Part shown: piece by piece, positions 24,172-35,817 of the stretch | How positions within the stretch are numbered: position 1 is the first letter of the stretch | Layout of the letters: every line of letters begins with the position of its first letter | Assembly (NCBI GenBank): GCA_031835245.2 | Contig: JAVKOQ020000055.1 | Coordinates: forward strand, 62,001 to 126,000 | Direction: 5' to 3' | Length of the DNA stretch: 64,000 nt | From: Balamuthia mandrillaris | Taxonomy: Eukaryota | The notes under the pieces: model-generated | What the model was told of the DNA's origin: nothing | What the model saw: only the letters and a program-made list of their open reading frames with translations | The model's database searches: none | Position numbers and translations under genes: made by a program

Positions 24172-25554
24172 ATGCTGTACGAAGACATCGCGGAGGAGGA
24201 CCATCCCAACGTGCTCGCGCGAGAAAGCTTTGACACCCACAAACTGGTGCGTCGCTATCCTCCACAATGGCAGCACCCCAACAAACAGGTGGTCTATGCG
24301 ATGGCTGCTCCGGATGGCGGCGCCTCTCATTCTGGCACTCTGCATTACTCTCGCTGGGCAGAGTTTGAGCTTCCTGCTTCCCTTTCGCTTCATGACAGCA
24401 ACAATGTTATCTTTGAAATGAGAGAAGATGCGTTTACTTACGAAGACGACGAACAAGACACTTGTTCTTCTTGTTCTTCTTGTTCTTCTTGTTCTTCTTC
24501 TTCTTCTTCTTCTTCTTCTTCTTCTTCTTCTTCTTCTTCTTCTGCATCAAAGAAGATATGGAGATGGCACCTAAACTTTGCTCACTCGCATCTCTTCATC
24601 GCATACGCCGGCCCTCTTCTCGCGCAAGACGAGCTTCAAGTCTGCGAACACCCTTCCTTGGCCTCCCTTCGTCTGGCTCTTCTCCGCTCACGCTCCTCGT
24701 TGCTCACCAAAGACCCCTCTCGTATCGACTCCGCCGAAACGGTTCGTCGCTTGGGTTTAGGGTTTCGTAAGGCTCGTTGTGGGGCAACTCCCATTTTGAT
24801 CCGTGGAGCGCAGAGAAGGGTGTGGATAAGGACAGAAGCCAACGTCAAGGAAGGCAGGCCCATGGGATTGTATGGCAACGCCTTTGCGGCAGCTTCGGAG
24901 CAAGCCGTGAGGCGGGCGGTGCGAGTATTGCGGAGACCCACTGTGACCAACTTGATTGCTATGGAAGCTCCTACTGGTTAGATTGCTAAAGCTTGCTCTT
25001 TGCTTTGACTTTCGTTACACGTGTTGACCTTCCCTCGTCTGCTTTTGAAAACAAAACAGGAGGGTATGGGGTCTACACACCAGAAACCATTGTCTACATT
25101 CTCAAAACTGCATACAGCGGATTCGTGGCTGCCAGGTTGGAGTCATCGATGGCCACCGATAACTCACAGGATCCCTTTGTTGAGGTACCGCTTGCACGCT
25201 CTTCTTCACTTTCTTCCTTTTCTGCTCTTCCTCCTGCCTTATCTTCCCTTTGCGTTTTTCAATTAACAACAGATACACACCGGAAATTGGGGAACAGGAG
25301 CATATGGAGGCAACAAAGTGCTGATGGCTCTACTGCAGCTCATCGCTGCTCGTCTGGCCAAGATCGACAAGCTTGTCTACCACACCTTTGAGAGGCGATT
25401 CTCTGAAGGTTATCGCAAAGCGATGCACCTGTTGGACAAAGAGTTGTTGGCAATGAGGGAGGAAGAAAAGGATAAAGACGAGATTCCCATGGAGACGTTG
25501 ATAGAGAGAATTGCAGCCTATCGTTTTGAATGGGGCGTTTCGGATGGAAACTGA
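24172..25554 (+). CDS. PARG-like macrodomain protein (divergent catalytic motif), 3 exons
   Basis: WHLNFA...AQDELQVCEHP, KTAYSGF, HTGNWGTGAYGGNK..LLQLIAA parallel the PARG DFA/QEE/TGNWGCGAF motifs. Confidence 0.75.
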
Positions 25555-25692
25555 AAAAAAAGAACCTACATTGGAGTCCATTATGTTCTCCTTTCGTTCT
25601 CTTCGTCCTCCTCCAACAAGAAAAACAAAGAGCCTCTTGAAAGACACACCATTCTTTGTTCATTAACAAAAGAATGACAGAGAGCGAATAAC

Positions 25693-26964
25693 TCAATAAA
25701 ACAAGTTCCCCATTGTAACAAACTGTGGCACCTGTTGACCTTCTTCCATGCCTCCCAGTTGATGTCCCTGAGAAGCCAAAACATTCGGTATCTGAGCGTA
25801 CTGTCTTTCCAAATGGCTTCTGCCCAACTCGAGAGAGTCCAAGGTCTCAGCAGCATCTCCTCCAATGGAAGTCTCCAAGATGGAATACCTGAATAACAAG
25901 AGAGAGATGTGTTAGCAAGAAAGATGAGAAACTAACAGCCAGAGCATAGAACGCCACTGAAGAGAGAGTTGAAAGTTAGTACCAATCGTCTTCCATGCGA
26001 TAGTCGCTGTTGGGAATGCCCTCTTTCTCTCGTTCTGCTCGCATCTGCATGAACAACTTTTTCCGTTCTTTGATCTTTTCTTTGTCTTCATAAATATTGT
26101 TGCTATTGCTGTTCTCGTGTTGTTGTTGCTGCAGTTGCTGTTGTTGAAGCTGCTTTTGTTTTTTCTCTTGTTCTCGCAATTTAATGAGAACGTTGATAGC
26201 GCTAAGACTGATATAGTGAGAAGCTGATGTGGCAGCGGTTGGATCGGTTGTGATGAGAACGGGAGCCGACTCTTTCTTGTCATCATCGCTCTGGTAGTCC
26301 TCGTCCGTTGGGGCTGTCGTCGTCTTGCCGTTGAACCTAAAAGTTAAAAAACAAGTGAACATTCTGTTAAACCATGCGGCGAGAATAAATGAAACAAAGA
26401 GAACGTACTTGAGATATTCCTCACGAACAGCATCGGCAATAGGATACAAGTCCGCTCTGTTGCAATGCTTGAACGGATACTTCATCACGTCCCCAAAGCA
26501 CTGCACCGCCTGGGCAAGACTAACGCCAGGTTTCCCTCCAACGTCGGTATAACTGCCATCAGCTCCTCTCTCGATCCTGCCGTGAGAGATGCCGCCGTCC
26601 TCGGTAACGTAAGTGGAGGCAAAATGGGGCTTGACGCTGCTGTAACGGATGAGGAAGGTGCCTGCCGGTTGGCCTGCTAACAGTTTCTTCGACTCGGAGG
26701 AAGTGAGGAAGCCAAAGAAGAAGCTGTTGTTTTTTTGAATAACCAACATGAGAAATAGAAATAGAAAGGAGAATACGGAAAGAAGAACGAGAGAGAGAGA
26801 AGCAAAGAAAGAGTTACAGAGAGCGGAGAAGGGAGAAGCGTAAAAACGTACTGTTCTCTGACAAAGTCGGACAAGTAAGGAACGCGCAGAATGTTGGAAA
26901 ACTCAACAGACCTTACCAGTTGCACCACACTACAAAATAATAAGACTGCAATCAGAAGAAAGCA

Positions 26965-27005
<41 letters not shown>

Positions 27006-27632
27006 AGAAATAGCTTACCTAGTATACACTTTTGACTGACCAGAGGAGATAGGGACCATATATCCATTTGACACGCTCTTAATGAGCACGTGCTTCACCT
27101 CTCTGGCGTTGTTCACCACACTAATGGCAAAAGAATCCGGATTGGAGCCACTCATACGAACCAGGAAAGTCCCTGGCTGTCTCTCGCTCAGGAGACAATC
27201 CGTGGTTTGAGTATCCAGGAAACCGTGGAACCATTTTTGACGAAACAGTCGTTTGGCGTTCCAGAGACACTTTTCGAGAGGGCCGAATGCTTTGACAAAC
27301 TCTTCAAACTTGGGATAGGTGACTTGTCCAGTCCCAGAAGAATCTGTTTATGTATTGTGTTACCGAAACGAGAAGCGGAAAGCGAGAAGAGAAAGCTAAG
27401 GAGAAAGAAACCTAAAATATGTTGCAACAACTTGCAGTCGTTTGGCTGCAAGGTTCCAGCAGCACCAAACAACAGATTCGACATTTGTTTCTCAAAAAGA
27501 CTCCAATCCACCGAAAACGCGCCCTATTTGTTTTACTCGTTGTTAAGCCACCTTTGCAAACAAGATGAAGAAGAAGAAGACGAACAAGAACAAGAAGAAG
27601 AAGAAAAACAACATAAGATGACGACGACGACG

Positions 27633-27710
<78 letters not shown>

Positions 27711-27714
27711 TAAG

Positions 27715-27751
<37 letters not shown>

Positions 27752-27784
27752 AGACAACAACAACAACAACAACAACAACATAAG

Positions 27785-27830
<46 letters not shown>

Positions 27831-27885
27831 AGACAACAACAACAACATAAGACAACAACAACAACAACAACATAAGACAACAAAG

Positions 27886-27936
<51 letters not shown>

Positions 27937-28008
27937 TAAGACAACAACAACAACATAAGACAACAACAACAACAACAACATAAGACAACATAAGACAACA
28001 ACAACAAC

Positions 28009-28049
<41 letters not shown>

Positions 28050-28128
28050 TAAACAACAACAACAAAGACAACAACAACAACAAAACAACAACAACAACAA
28101 CAACAAGACAACAAAGACAACAACAAAC

Positions 28129-28171
<43 letters not shown>

Positions 28172-30086
28172 ACAAAACAACAACAACAACATAAGACAAC
28201 AACAACAACAACAACATAAGACAACAAAACAACAACAACAACAACAAAGACAACAACAACAACAACATAAGACAACAACAACAACAACATAAGACAACAA
28301 CATAAGACAACAACAACAACAAAACAACAACAACAACATAAGACAACAACAACAACATAAGACAACAACATAAGACAACATAAGACAACAACATAAGAAA
28401 ATAACTACGTACACGCTTAGCCGGTATAAGAGCCTTCCAAAACTGAGAAGGAGTAGGATTTACCGGCAATGCATTCAACTGCTTCGCTGCATGACGCGTT
28501 CTTAACGTCGAAGAAGACGAAGAAGGGCTCGTTGCTGTTTCTGGACGATGCTGATGTTGTTGCTGAAGGTGTTGTTGAACACGAGCGGCAATCTCTTCCC
28601 CTTCTTTCGGTCTTCCCAAGCTTCTTCTCAATCCAATTGTAGAGCCCAGCTTTGGCCTTGCAGGCACAGCAGCTTTTGTTGGCGTTCGTGAAGAATTGCT
28701 TAGCTTCTCATGTTGTTCCTCTTTGGGAGCAACGGAGGAGGCAGAAGAGTCACGGTGAGATGAGCTTTTCTTTCTTTGGTCGAGGCGAGAGCGACGATTT
28801 CCTTTCCTCATGGAGGGGTCCGCCTCCCATATCCGTCGTACCTCCTCTTTGCCGTCTGCTCCTTCCGTCAATTCATCCGTGTCTTCATCCGTCTCTCTTC
28901 CTTCATCGACCGTTTGTTCTTCTTGTTCTTGTATTTGTTGCTGACGTTGTTGATGTATCAATAGAGAAGGAGAAGAGGCAAAAGTTGACATTCCTGAGAA
29001 AGAGGTCGCAGGGGTGCTGCGAACGTTCTCTCTTGGAGTTGAGGAAGGAGATGGACGACTTTCGTATCGTTCCATAAGTTTCTTTATGTTGCTACCTCTT
29101 GGAGTTGAGGTTGTTGCGTTACTGTTATTCTTGTTGCTGGTGAAAGCATTGTGCGGTGCCAGGAGCTCAACGTCCGTTTCGGCTTCCGTTTCTGTTTCGA
29201 GCTCCGTTTCGGTTTCCGTCTCTGTTTCGGTCTCTGTCTCTGACTCCTCTTTTCCACTCTCGTTGTTCTCATCTCTCTTCTTTCTGCCTTTTAGCGGCCG
29301 CAGAGAGTTAGCGAAACCCGTTCTCACCTTTCTTGAAATGGAGGTTGGTCTTTCTTTTGGGTCTTTGGTATTTGCTGGCGGAGAGTTTGGAGAGGAAGGA
29401 GAAGAAGCGGAAAGTTGGCGTTTGTTGTTGTCAGAGCAATCGGATTCATACTCGGACTCGCTGTCGACGGTGAGGTTCGTCTCTTCGGTGAGCATTGTCA
29501 GAAAGAGAGTTACGGATTGGTGCAGCTTGGCGTGATGTATGTCCAACTTCCGACGTAACAAAATGCTGAACAGGTATTTTTAAAATGAACAATATGATCA
29601 GAGGAGGAGAGAAAGGAAAAAGAGATGAGCAGAATAGAACTGCTGAGGAGAAACAAGAAGAAGAGAGAAAGAAAGAGGGAAAAAAATACGAGCGATTCAG
29701 AAAGGGCAAGGAGGAGGGCAGAAACAAGAGAAGAGGGGAAAAGAGAAGAGAGCGCAGATAATAAACCTTCCAAGAACACGGAACAGGTTGTTCTTCTTCT
29801 TGAGGTTGGCAACACGGGCGTACAATTCCTTCAAGCCTTCCGTAATGACGGTGATGCCTCTGGAGAAGCGACCGAACGAGGGCAAGAAGTCGTTGAACCG
29901 TACGAGCAGCTTTTTGGCATGGTCGAGAGAGGCGAAAACGGAGGTCAGACCGACGAGCAGCTCCTTCACGTCGTTTTGTCCCGGATAAACTTTGAGCTTT
30001 TCGATCAATTGTCGCGTGATGCGCAACGCCTCGGTGACCTTATCGATCAGAACGTGGTTCGGATTCGAGACCAGAGCTCGCTCCAT
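25693..30086 (-). CDS. Helical N-domain + low-complexity linker + EF-hand-like + two SH2 domains, multi-exon
   Basis: Spliced exons give LDSSGTGQVTYPKF..FGPL, SH2-1 WFHGFL..GTFLVRMS..VKHVLI, SH2-2 FFGFL..GTFLIRYS..ISHGRI. Confidence 0.85.
27607..28397. repeat. ~790-bp (CAA)n array punctuated by CATAAGA units, inside an 889-bp intron (28412-27524)
   Basis: Direct reading; flanking exons join in frame (PAKR|GAFSVDW). Confidence 0.95.
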
Positions 30087-30820
30087 CTCTCTCTCTTTTG
30101 CTCGCCTCTAGAGTTGGGGTGACCTGACCTCGTCCTTTAAACAAAAAAAAAGGTCTTCCTTGCTCCAACTTCTGAAAAAAAAATTGCGACAACCAGCATG
30201 CAAAAAAAAGAATAACAGAACATAACAATAAACAAAAATTCCGGTAATTAATTGATTCGTTGAATCATCATTACCATAGACATGAGAGTGCATACTATAG
30301 CGGGGGTGGCTACGAGAGAGGACATGATACAGGATACGAGCAAGGAAAGGAGAAAAAGCATGAGACAAGCGGAGAAGATAGGAGATAGGATATAGGATAG
30401 GAGATATTTTTGCGGCTTGTCTCCCCTCGGAAAGGAAAGCAGGACACGAGACAAGCCGGCAAAGGACATGAGCGAGGACATGAGATCCGCGTGGACAGAA
30501 GAGAGAGGAGAAAGGAGAGAAGAGAGGAGAGAAGAGAAGAGCGAGGGGAGAAGAGAGGAGAGAAGAGGGAAGAAGAGAGAAGAGAGAAGAGAGAAGAGAG
30601 AAGAGAGAAGAAAGGAGAGAGAAGAAAGGAGAGAGCGGAGAGCAGAGAGAAGGAGAAGAGAGAAGAGAGAAGAGAGAAGAGAAGAAAGGAGAAGAGAGAA
30701 GAGAGAAGAGAGAAGAGAGAAGAGAGAAGGGAGGAGAGAGAGAAGAGAAGAGAGGCAATATGTTACAAAGGAGACAGTCAAGCATCGAAAGAAACAACAA
30801 AAGAAGAACCTTTGGCAGAT

Positions 30821-31959
30821 TCAACCAGAATGGCTGTTGGTGTGTTGAAGCTGTTGCCACCGCAGCAGCGTGGCTTCCAAAACAGCAACCTCCTCCTGCA
30901 CCCGCATCACCGCTTCCTCCCCAAAGAGCTCCGCACGGCCATCCACATTCTCGTTCTCTCTTTCTTTTCTCCTCTTTTCTTCCATTCCTTCCTTTTGTTG
31001 TTGTAGCCGGTGATGAGAATGACAAAGACTCTTCAATGCTCTCCATTGTTGTCCGAATTGAGCAAATGCTTCGCTCACTTGAACTACCGTCTCTCCCAAC
31101 AGCATATTCTTCCTTCTTCCTTCTTCCTCTGCTTCTTGTTGTTGCGGCGAAGGAGTCAACCAAGAAGCAATTTGGAGGTCGTAGGTGCGATCAAAGTCTT
31201 GACATATGCGTTGAAAAGAAAGAAGCTTCTGAGAGAGAGAAGCAAAGTCCAAATCCGACGGACGAAGAAGCAATGCCTCTCGTTCTTTTTCTCCTTCTTC
31301 TTTCTCCGTTATGGTGTTTTCATCTTGTTGCAGTTGTCTTGTCTTGTTTGTTGCAGTCATCAGTCGAAGGTCTTGTTGAAGTTGTTCCAGCTCTGCCGTC
31401 ATTTGTTGCTGCCACTCTTTCAGCCTCTCCAGCTCCGCACTCCGTCTCTTGCTTTCACTCTTTGTCTCTTTCTTTGTTTTGTTGCTGCTGCTTCCTTTTG
31501 TTCGTTTTGTCGAAGTAGAAGCAGAAGCAGAAGCAGAAGAAAAAGTAAAGGAGGAAGAGGAGAACAAGGCTATACGTTGATGAGCCACGTAGTTGGCCAG
31601 GGTGCAGTCCTTGTGGAACTGCTCATCAAGTTGGATCTCGTCCTCCATGCCTGCCGCCAAAGTGACGAGGTCCACGAACGTCCCCAAGAAACGGAGCTGT
31701 CGTTCTTTGTCGCCACTAACTTGACTTCCCTTTTAATTTTTTTTTGTTAGAAAAGAACAGAAGATGAGAAGAGAGGAAGAGAGGAAGAGAGGAGAGAAGA
31801 GAGAAGAGAGATCTGTTTTACTTGAATGATTTGCATGTCATTCGCAGCACAAAGACCAAGAAGAGTTGCCGCGTTGCTCATTTCTGTTTCGCTCGGTTAC
31901 CAAAAGAAAGGAAGGAAGGAAGGAAGAATGAAAGAAAGAAAGAAACGACAAGAAACGAC

Positions 31960-31995
<36 letters not shown>

Positions 31996-32420
31996 AACGA
32001 CAAGAAAGAAACGACAAGAAAGAAAGAAACGACAAGAAAGAAAGAAAGAAACGACAAGAAAGAAAGAAAGAAACGACAAGAAAGAAAGAAAGAAAAACCC
32101 AGCTTGCGGTACGTACTCAAGAGGGTGGTCGCTTCGCTATTAAAAGTAGGGTTGAGCCCATCCAAGCTCGTTCTTTTCAAAAGTTCGGGGTCATACCTAT
32201 TATGTTTTCAATGATGATCAGCTGATTATTTCAACCACCACAAGGAAGAAAGAAAACCACGACGGCGGTACCGATGAAACAACCACTCCAACAAACGGAG
32301 CCGCAAAGAACCAGGAACCAACACGTTGTCCAACGAGGGAATCTCTTGCAGCATAGGACACCCCAGACGTGCCAGCCCCTCCACCACCTTCCTCTCTTCC
32401 GGCGCCAGAAGAGGTTGCAT
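30821..32420 (-). CDS. HAUS7: Augmin subunit HAUS7/AUG7-like, 4 exons
   Basis: Spliced RLRLLEWLF...LLGLC..DMQIIQG...FVDLV...DEQFHKDCTL resembles plant AUG7 and animal HAUS7. Confidence 0.75.
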
Positions 32421-32492
32421 CTTCCCCGCCCTCGTTGTTTGCCTGCTTGCGAAGTGATGCTGTTTGGTGCAGGTCAATTTTTGGCGGGAAAA

Positions 32493-32554
32493 TGTCGACA
32501 TATATAATCTTGTCGACATGAATCTGCTTGTCGACAAATTGGTCTGCGTCGACA
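32493..32554. promoter_or_regulatory. Four GTCGAC elements at exact 18-bp spacing upstream of HAUS7
   Basis: GTCGAC at 32494, 32512, 32530, 32548. Confidence 0.55.
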
Positions 32555-32585
32555 TGAAAGAGTCGTATCTGCTTCTCTTTTTGTT

Positions 32586-32639
<54 letters not shown>

Positions 32640-32785
32640 GTTCTGCTTCTCTTTTCATTCTTGCTTCCTATTTTAGCTTTGCACCTGGACAGGATCCTTT
32701 TAAGAAACTCTATATTCTTCAATGTAGGGGTAACGTACAAAGAATAAAAAAAAGGTTTGCAATAGATAAAGTTTATGTTTTGTTG

Positions 32786-33805
32786 TTAGATAGCGGCAAA
32801 GTATTCAAGCGCTTGCATTGGTTGAGGTTTCATCTATTTTCAGTTTCCAGCCAACAAACAAAGATAAGAAAGCAGAGAAGATAGAGGAGAAAAGAGAAAC
32901 GCTATAGAGAATCGAGAAAAAAAGAAGCGAAGGAAGATGATGAAAGAGCACGTACAGTCTTTTGTCCAGGTCTCCAGCCCACAGGACAAACCTCATCGTG
33001 GTGATCCGTGTATTGGAAAGCCTTCACAAGGCGAAGGATTTCATCCACATCTCTTCCTACAGGCAAGTCATTAACGGTGATGTGACGAACGATTCCTTGT
33101 TCATTTATGATGAACATAGCCCTGCAGGAAGGTGAAGAGATTGAATAAGAACAAGAAAAAAAAAAGTAAGAACAAACGGCTAGAAAGAAAAAAGAATACG
33201 ACTTACCGAAGAGCAACACCTTGGCTGGGGCCGTCCTCCAATAGGACACCATAGTCACGAGCGATAGACTTTGTGATGTCAGAGAGGAGAGGAATGCGCA
33301 TTGGTCCCAAACCTCCTTCCTTTCGTGGCATCTTAGTCCATGCCAAGTGAGAGAACTTGCTATCCACTTTGTTGAAGAGTTACATTTTCAGACAAGCAGG
33401 AGAGGAGGATAAGGAGAAGGAGAACATGGACCACAAGAAGGAACAAAGGAAGAACCCGAGACACTGGAACGACAAGGACAAACAAGAAAACGAATTAGCA
33501 GAAGGTACCTGAGATGGCAACCACTTCAGTGTTGAGTTGCTTGAACTCCTCAATACGATCGCTCAATGCCGTTAACTCTGTTTTGAAACAGGCACAAAAG
33601 TGTAAGCCACGTTTAACACCAAAAAATAACAAGAGGGCTGCACTGCACAAACAGAACAGAAGTGTGCATAAGAATACCGGTGGGACAAACAAAGGTGAAG
33701 TCCAAAGGATAAAAAAACAGCACCAAATATTTGCCTTTTGGTAAACATATTTACAGTTAATCCAAGATTAAAAAAGGACGTGAGAAGAGAGAGAGAGAGA
33801 GCGAG

Positions 33806-33857
<52 letters not shown>

Positions 33858-34329
33858 CGAGAGAGAGAGAAGAAGAAGAAGACGAAGAAGAAGACGAAGA
33901 AGAAGAAGAAGAAGAAGAAGAAGAAGAAACAGAAGAAGAAGAAGAAGAAGAAGAAGAAAAAGAAGAAGAAGAAGAAGAAAAAGAAGAAGAAGAAGAAGAA
34001 CAAGAAGAGAGAAGAGAGCGAGAGAATAGGAGGAAGAAGAGCAGGAGGAAGCATAGAAGCAGAAAAGAGAGAGAAATAAGCAGAGAGAGAGAGAGAATAC
34101 CAGCATAGTCACTCAGTGAAAGCGTCTTAAAGTCGCCATCAACGACCGCTTGTGCCGAGAAGGATGGAGCTGGCTTCTGCACTTGAGCTGATTATATAAT
34201 CATATAATCAATTCTCTAAGTGAGCGACCACCTACCAAGAAAAGAAACAACGGACGACGCACCAATGCCAGCACTACGGGAGACAAAGAGAGCAACGACC
34301 ACAACACCCAACAAACAAATCACTTTCAT
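32786..34329 (-). CDS. Typical 2-Cys peroxiredoxin with N-terminal signal peptide (PRDX4-like), multi-exon
   Basis: [42 protein letters not shown]; hydrophobic [17 protein letters not shown]. Confidence 0.95.
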
Positions 34330-34710
34330 CTTTGTTTTTTCTTTTGGTTGTTTATTGAGGAAATCAATCATGGCCCATTCTATTCTGCTTGGTGGTAATT
34401 TTCCCACGTGAACCAGGACAATATACGCCCGCCTCGTTGTAACAGCTTTCATCCTCCATCTAGATGCTTTGTGCTCGTAGATTGTGATGGTTAACCTAAT
34501 AGACAAAACTGGACGAGGTTCGCTTAAAGGTGAACATTACCAAAAACTCAGTAGGTATCCAAAAAGCGCAAAAAGGTAGATAAAGCGGAAAAACGTGAAA
34601 GAAACGGTGGAAATTCCCAAAACATCCGTTTTGCTGCGCTCGTGTGTACAAACGGGTTGTACGGAGCCCGAACAAAAAAAAAAATGGCGCGAACGTAATC
34701 ATACGATTGT

Positions 34711-35652
34711 CTATCGCTTTTTCTTCGTCCCCCTTAAAAAGGACGAGCGTAGAGGATGGGAGCTCTCCATCAAAGGAGAGGAGGCGGGCTGCGCTGTCCG
34801 ATGGTTGTTTCTCGAAGTTGTCGGCCTATTGCGCAATTAAAAAAAAAAACAAACGGAAGAGAGAAAGCAGGAAATAGGAAAAAGAGGCCGATACGTTCAG
34901 GCGGAAAAAGGCAAATTTGAACGCAACCTTTCGATTGGTAACTCGGCACCATTTTGCTATCCTCTGCTCGCTCTTTCCCGTCTCTTCTGGTCTCTTCTCT
35001 CTGTCTTCGTCGTCTTCGTCATCTTCGCTCTCTCCGTCTTGGAAAAAAAATGAAGGGAGGATAACAAAAGTAACGTCAGCGCGGTACAACGACCATCCGC
35101 AGAAAGTAAAAACCAAAGCAACGGTTCTACACCAGTCCTTTTCTTTCTTTTCCACAACGCCCAACAACTTTTCACCAAATTGTGAGAGTGGGCGAATCCA
35201 TGGTCTCTTGTTGCTGTGTATTCTAAGGGGTTTTGGCTCAGAAAGAAATGATAGCTTACAAACCAGTAGCTTCCTCTTAAAAGAACAGAAGAACTACAGC
35301 TATTACAACGACAACAGCCTTACCTTCGTGAAGACAGGGTATCTCTACAGGGAGAAAAGATGGAAGATAACACATTGGTGTCGTTTTACAGCTTCTACAA
35401 CACAGTCCCTACGACGGTGACTTCCTCGAGCCCTTTGATGGAGAGAGGGCCGAAGAAAGAGCCAGAGCAAGACCAGGCAAGGCCACTAGAACTTTGGAAC
35501 TCCTTCGACTGCTTTGCAGCCCTGCCAGAGAGCAGCGACGTCGAGTTCATGCCCAGGAGAAAGCCTCCTTCCTCCAGCCACAACAAACTGCCCCCTGCCA
35601 AACAGCTTTGGGCGGTAATAGAGAGCTCCTTGTTCGCCTCGGATGAGGACAT
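34711..35652 (-). CDS. Hypothetical multi-exon protein
   Basis: Six exons join in phase via GT-AG introns that are pyrimidine-rich on the minus strand; no motif recognised. Confidence 0.5.
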
Positions 35653-35817
35653 GCGAGACGGACCCAAAGAGGAAGACGAAGAGATGGAAGAAGAGAGCGA
35701 AAGAAAGAGATAGAAGAAATAGAGCTTTATTGTAAATATTTTATTTTGTTTGTAAAAAAAATATGAATTAGAATGTATATCTTCTTCATTCTTATGGTAC
35801 ATTCGTTGGCGCTAGTA

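Noticed and set aside
9897..25554. TatD, AddB-like nuclease, FIGNL1 and PARG-like gene as a DNA-repair cluster
   Set aside because: Interspersed with unrelated genes in mixed orientation; no evidence of co-regulation
27543..28400. (CAA)n array as a telomere or a poly-Gln/Asn/Thr coding tract
   Set aside because: Internal, irregular, and bounded by GT-AG sites of the SH2 gene
32493..32554. Regularly spaced repeats as a mini CRISPR array
   Set aside because: 6-8 bp cores with 10-12 bp spacers are far too short
35360..35713. Plus-strand 117-aa ORF
   Set aside because: Intron polarity and in-phase splice sites support a minus-strand gene here instead
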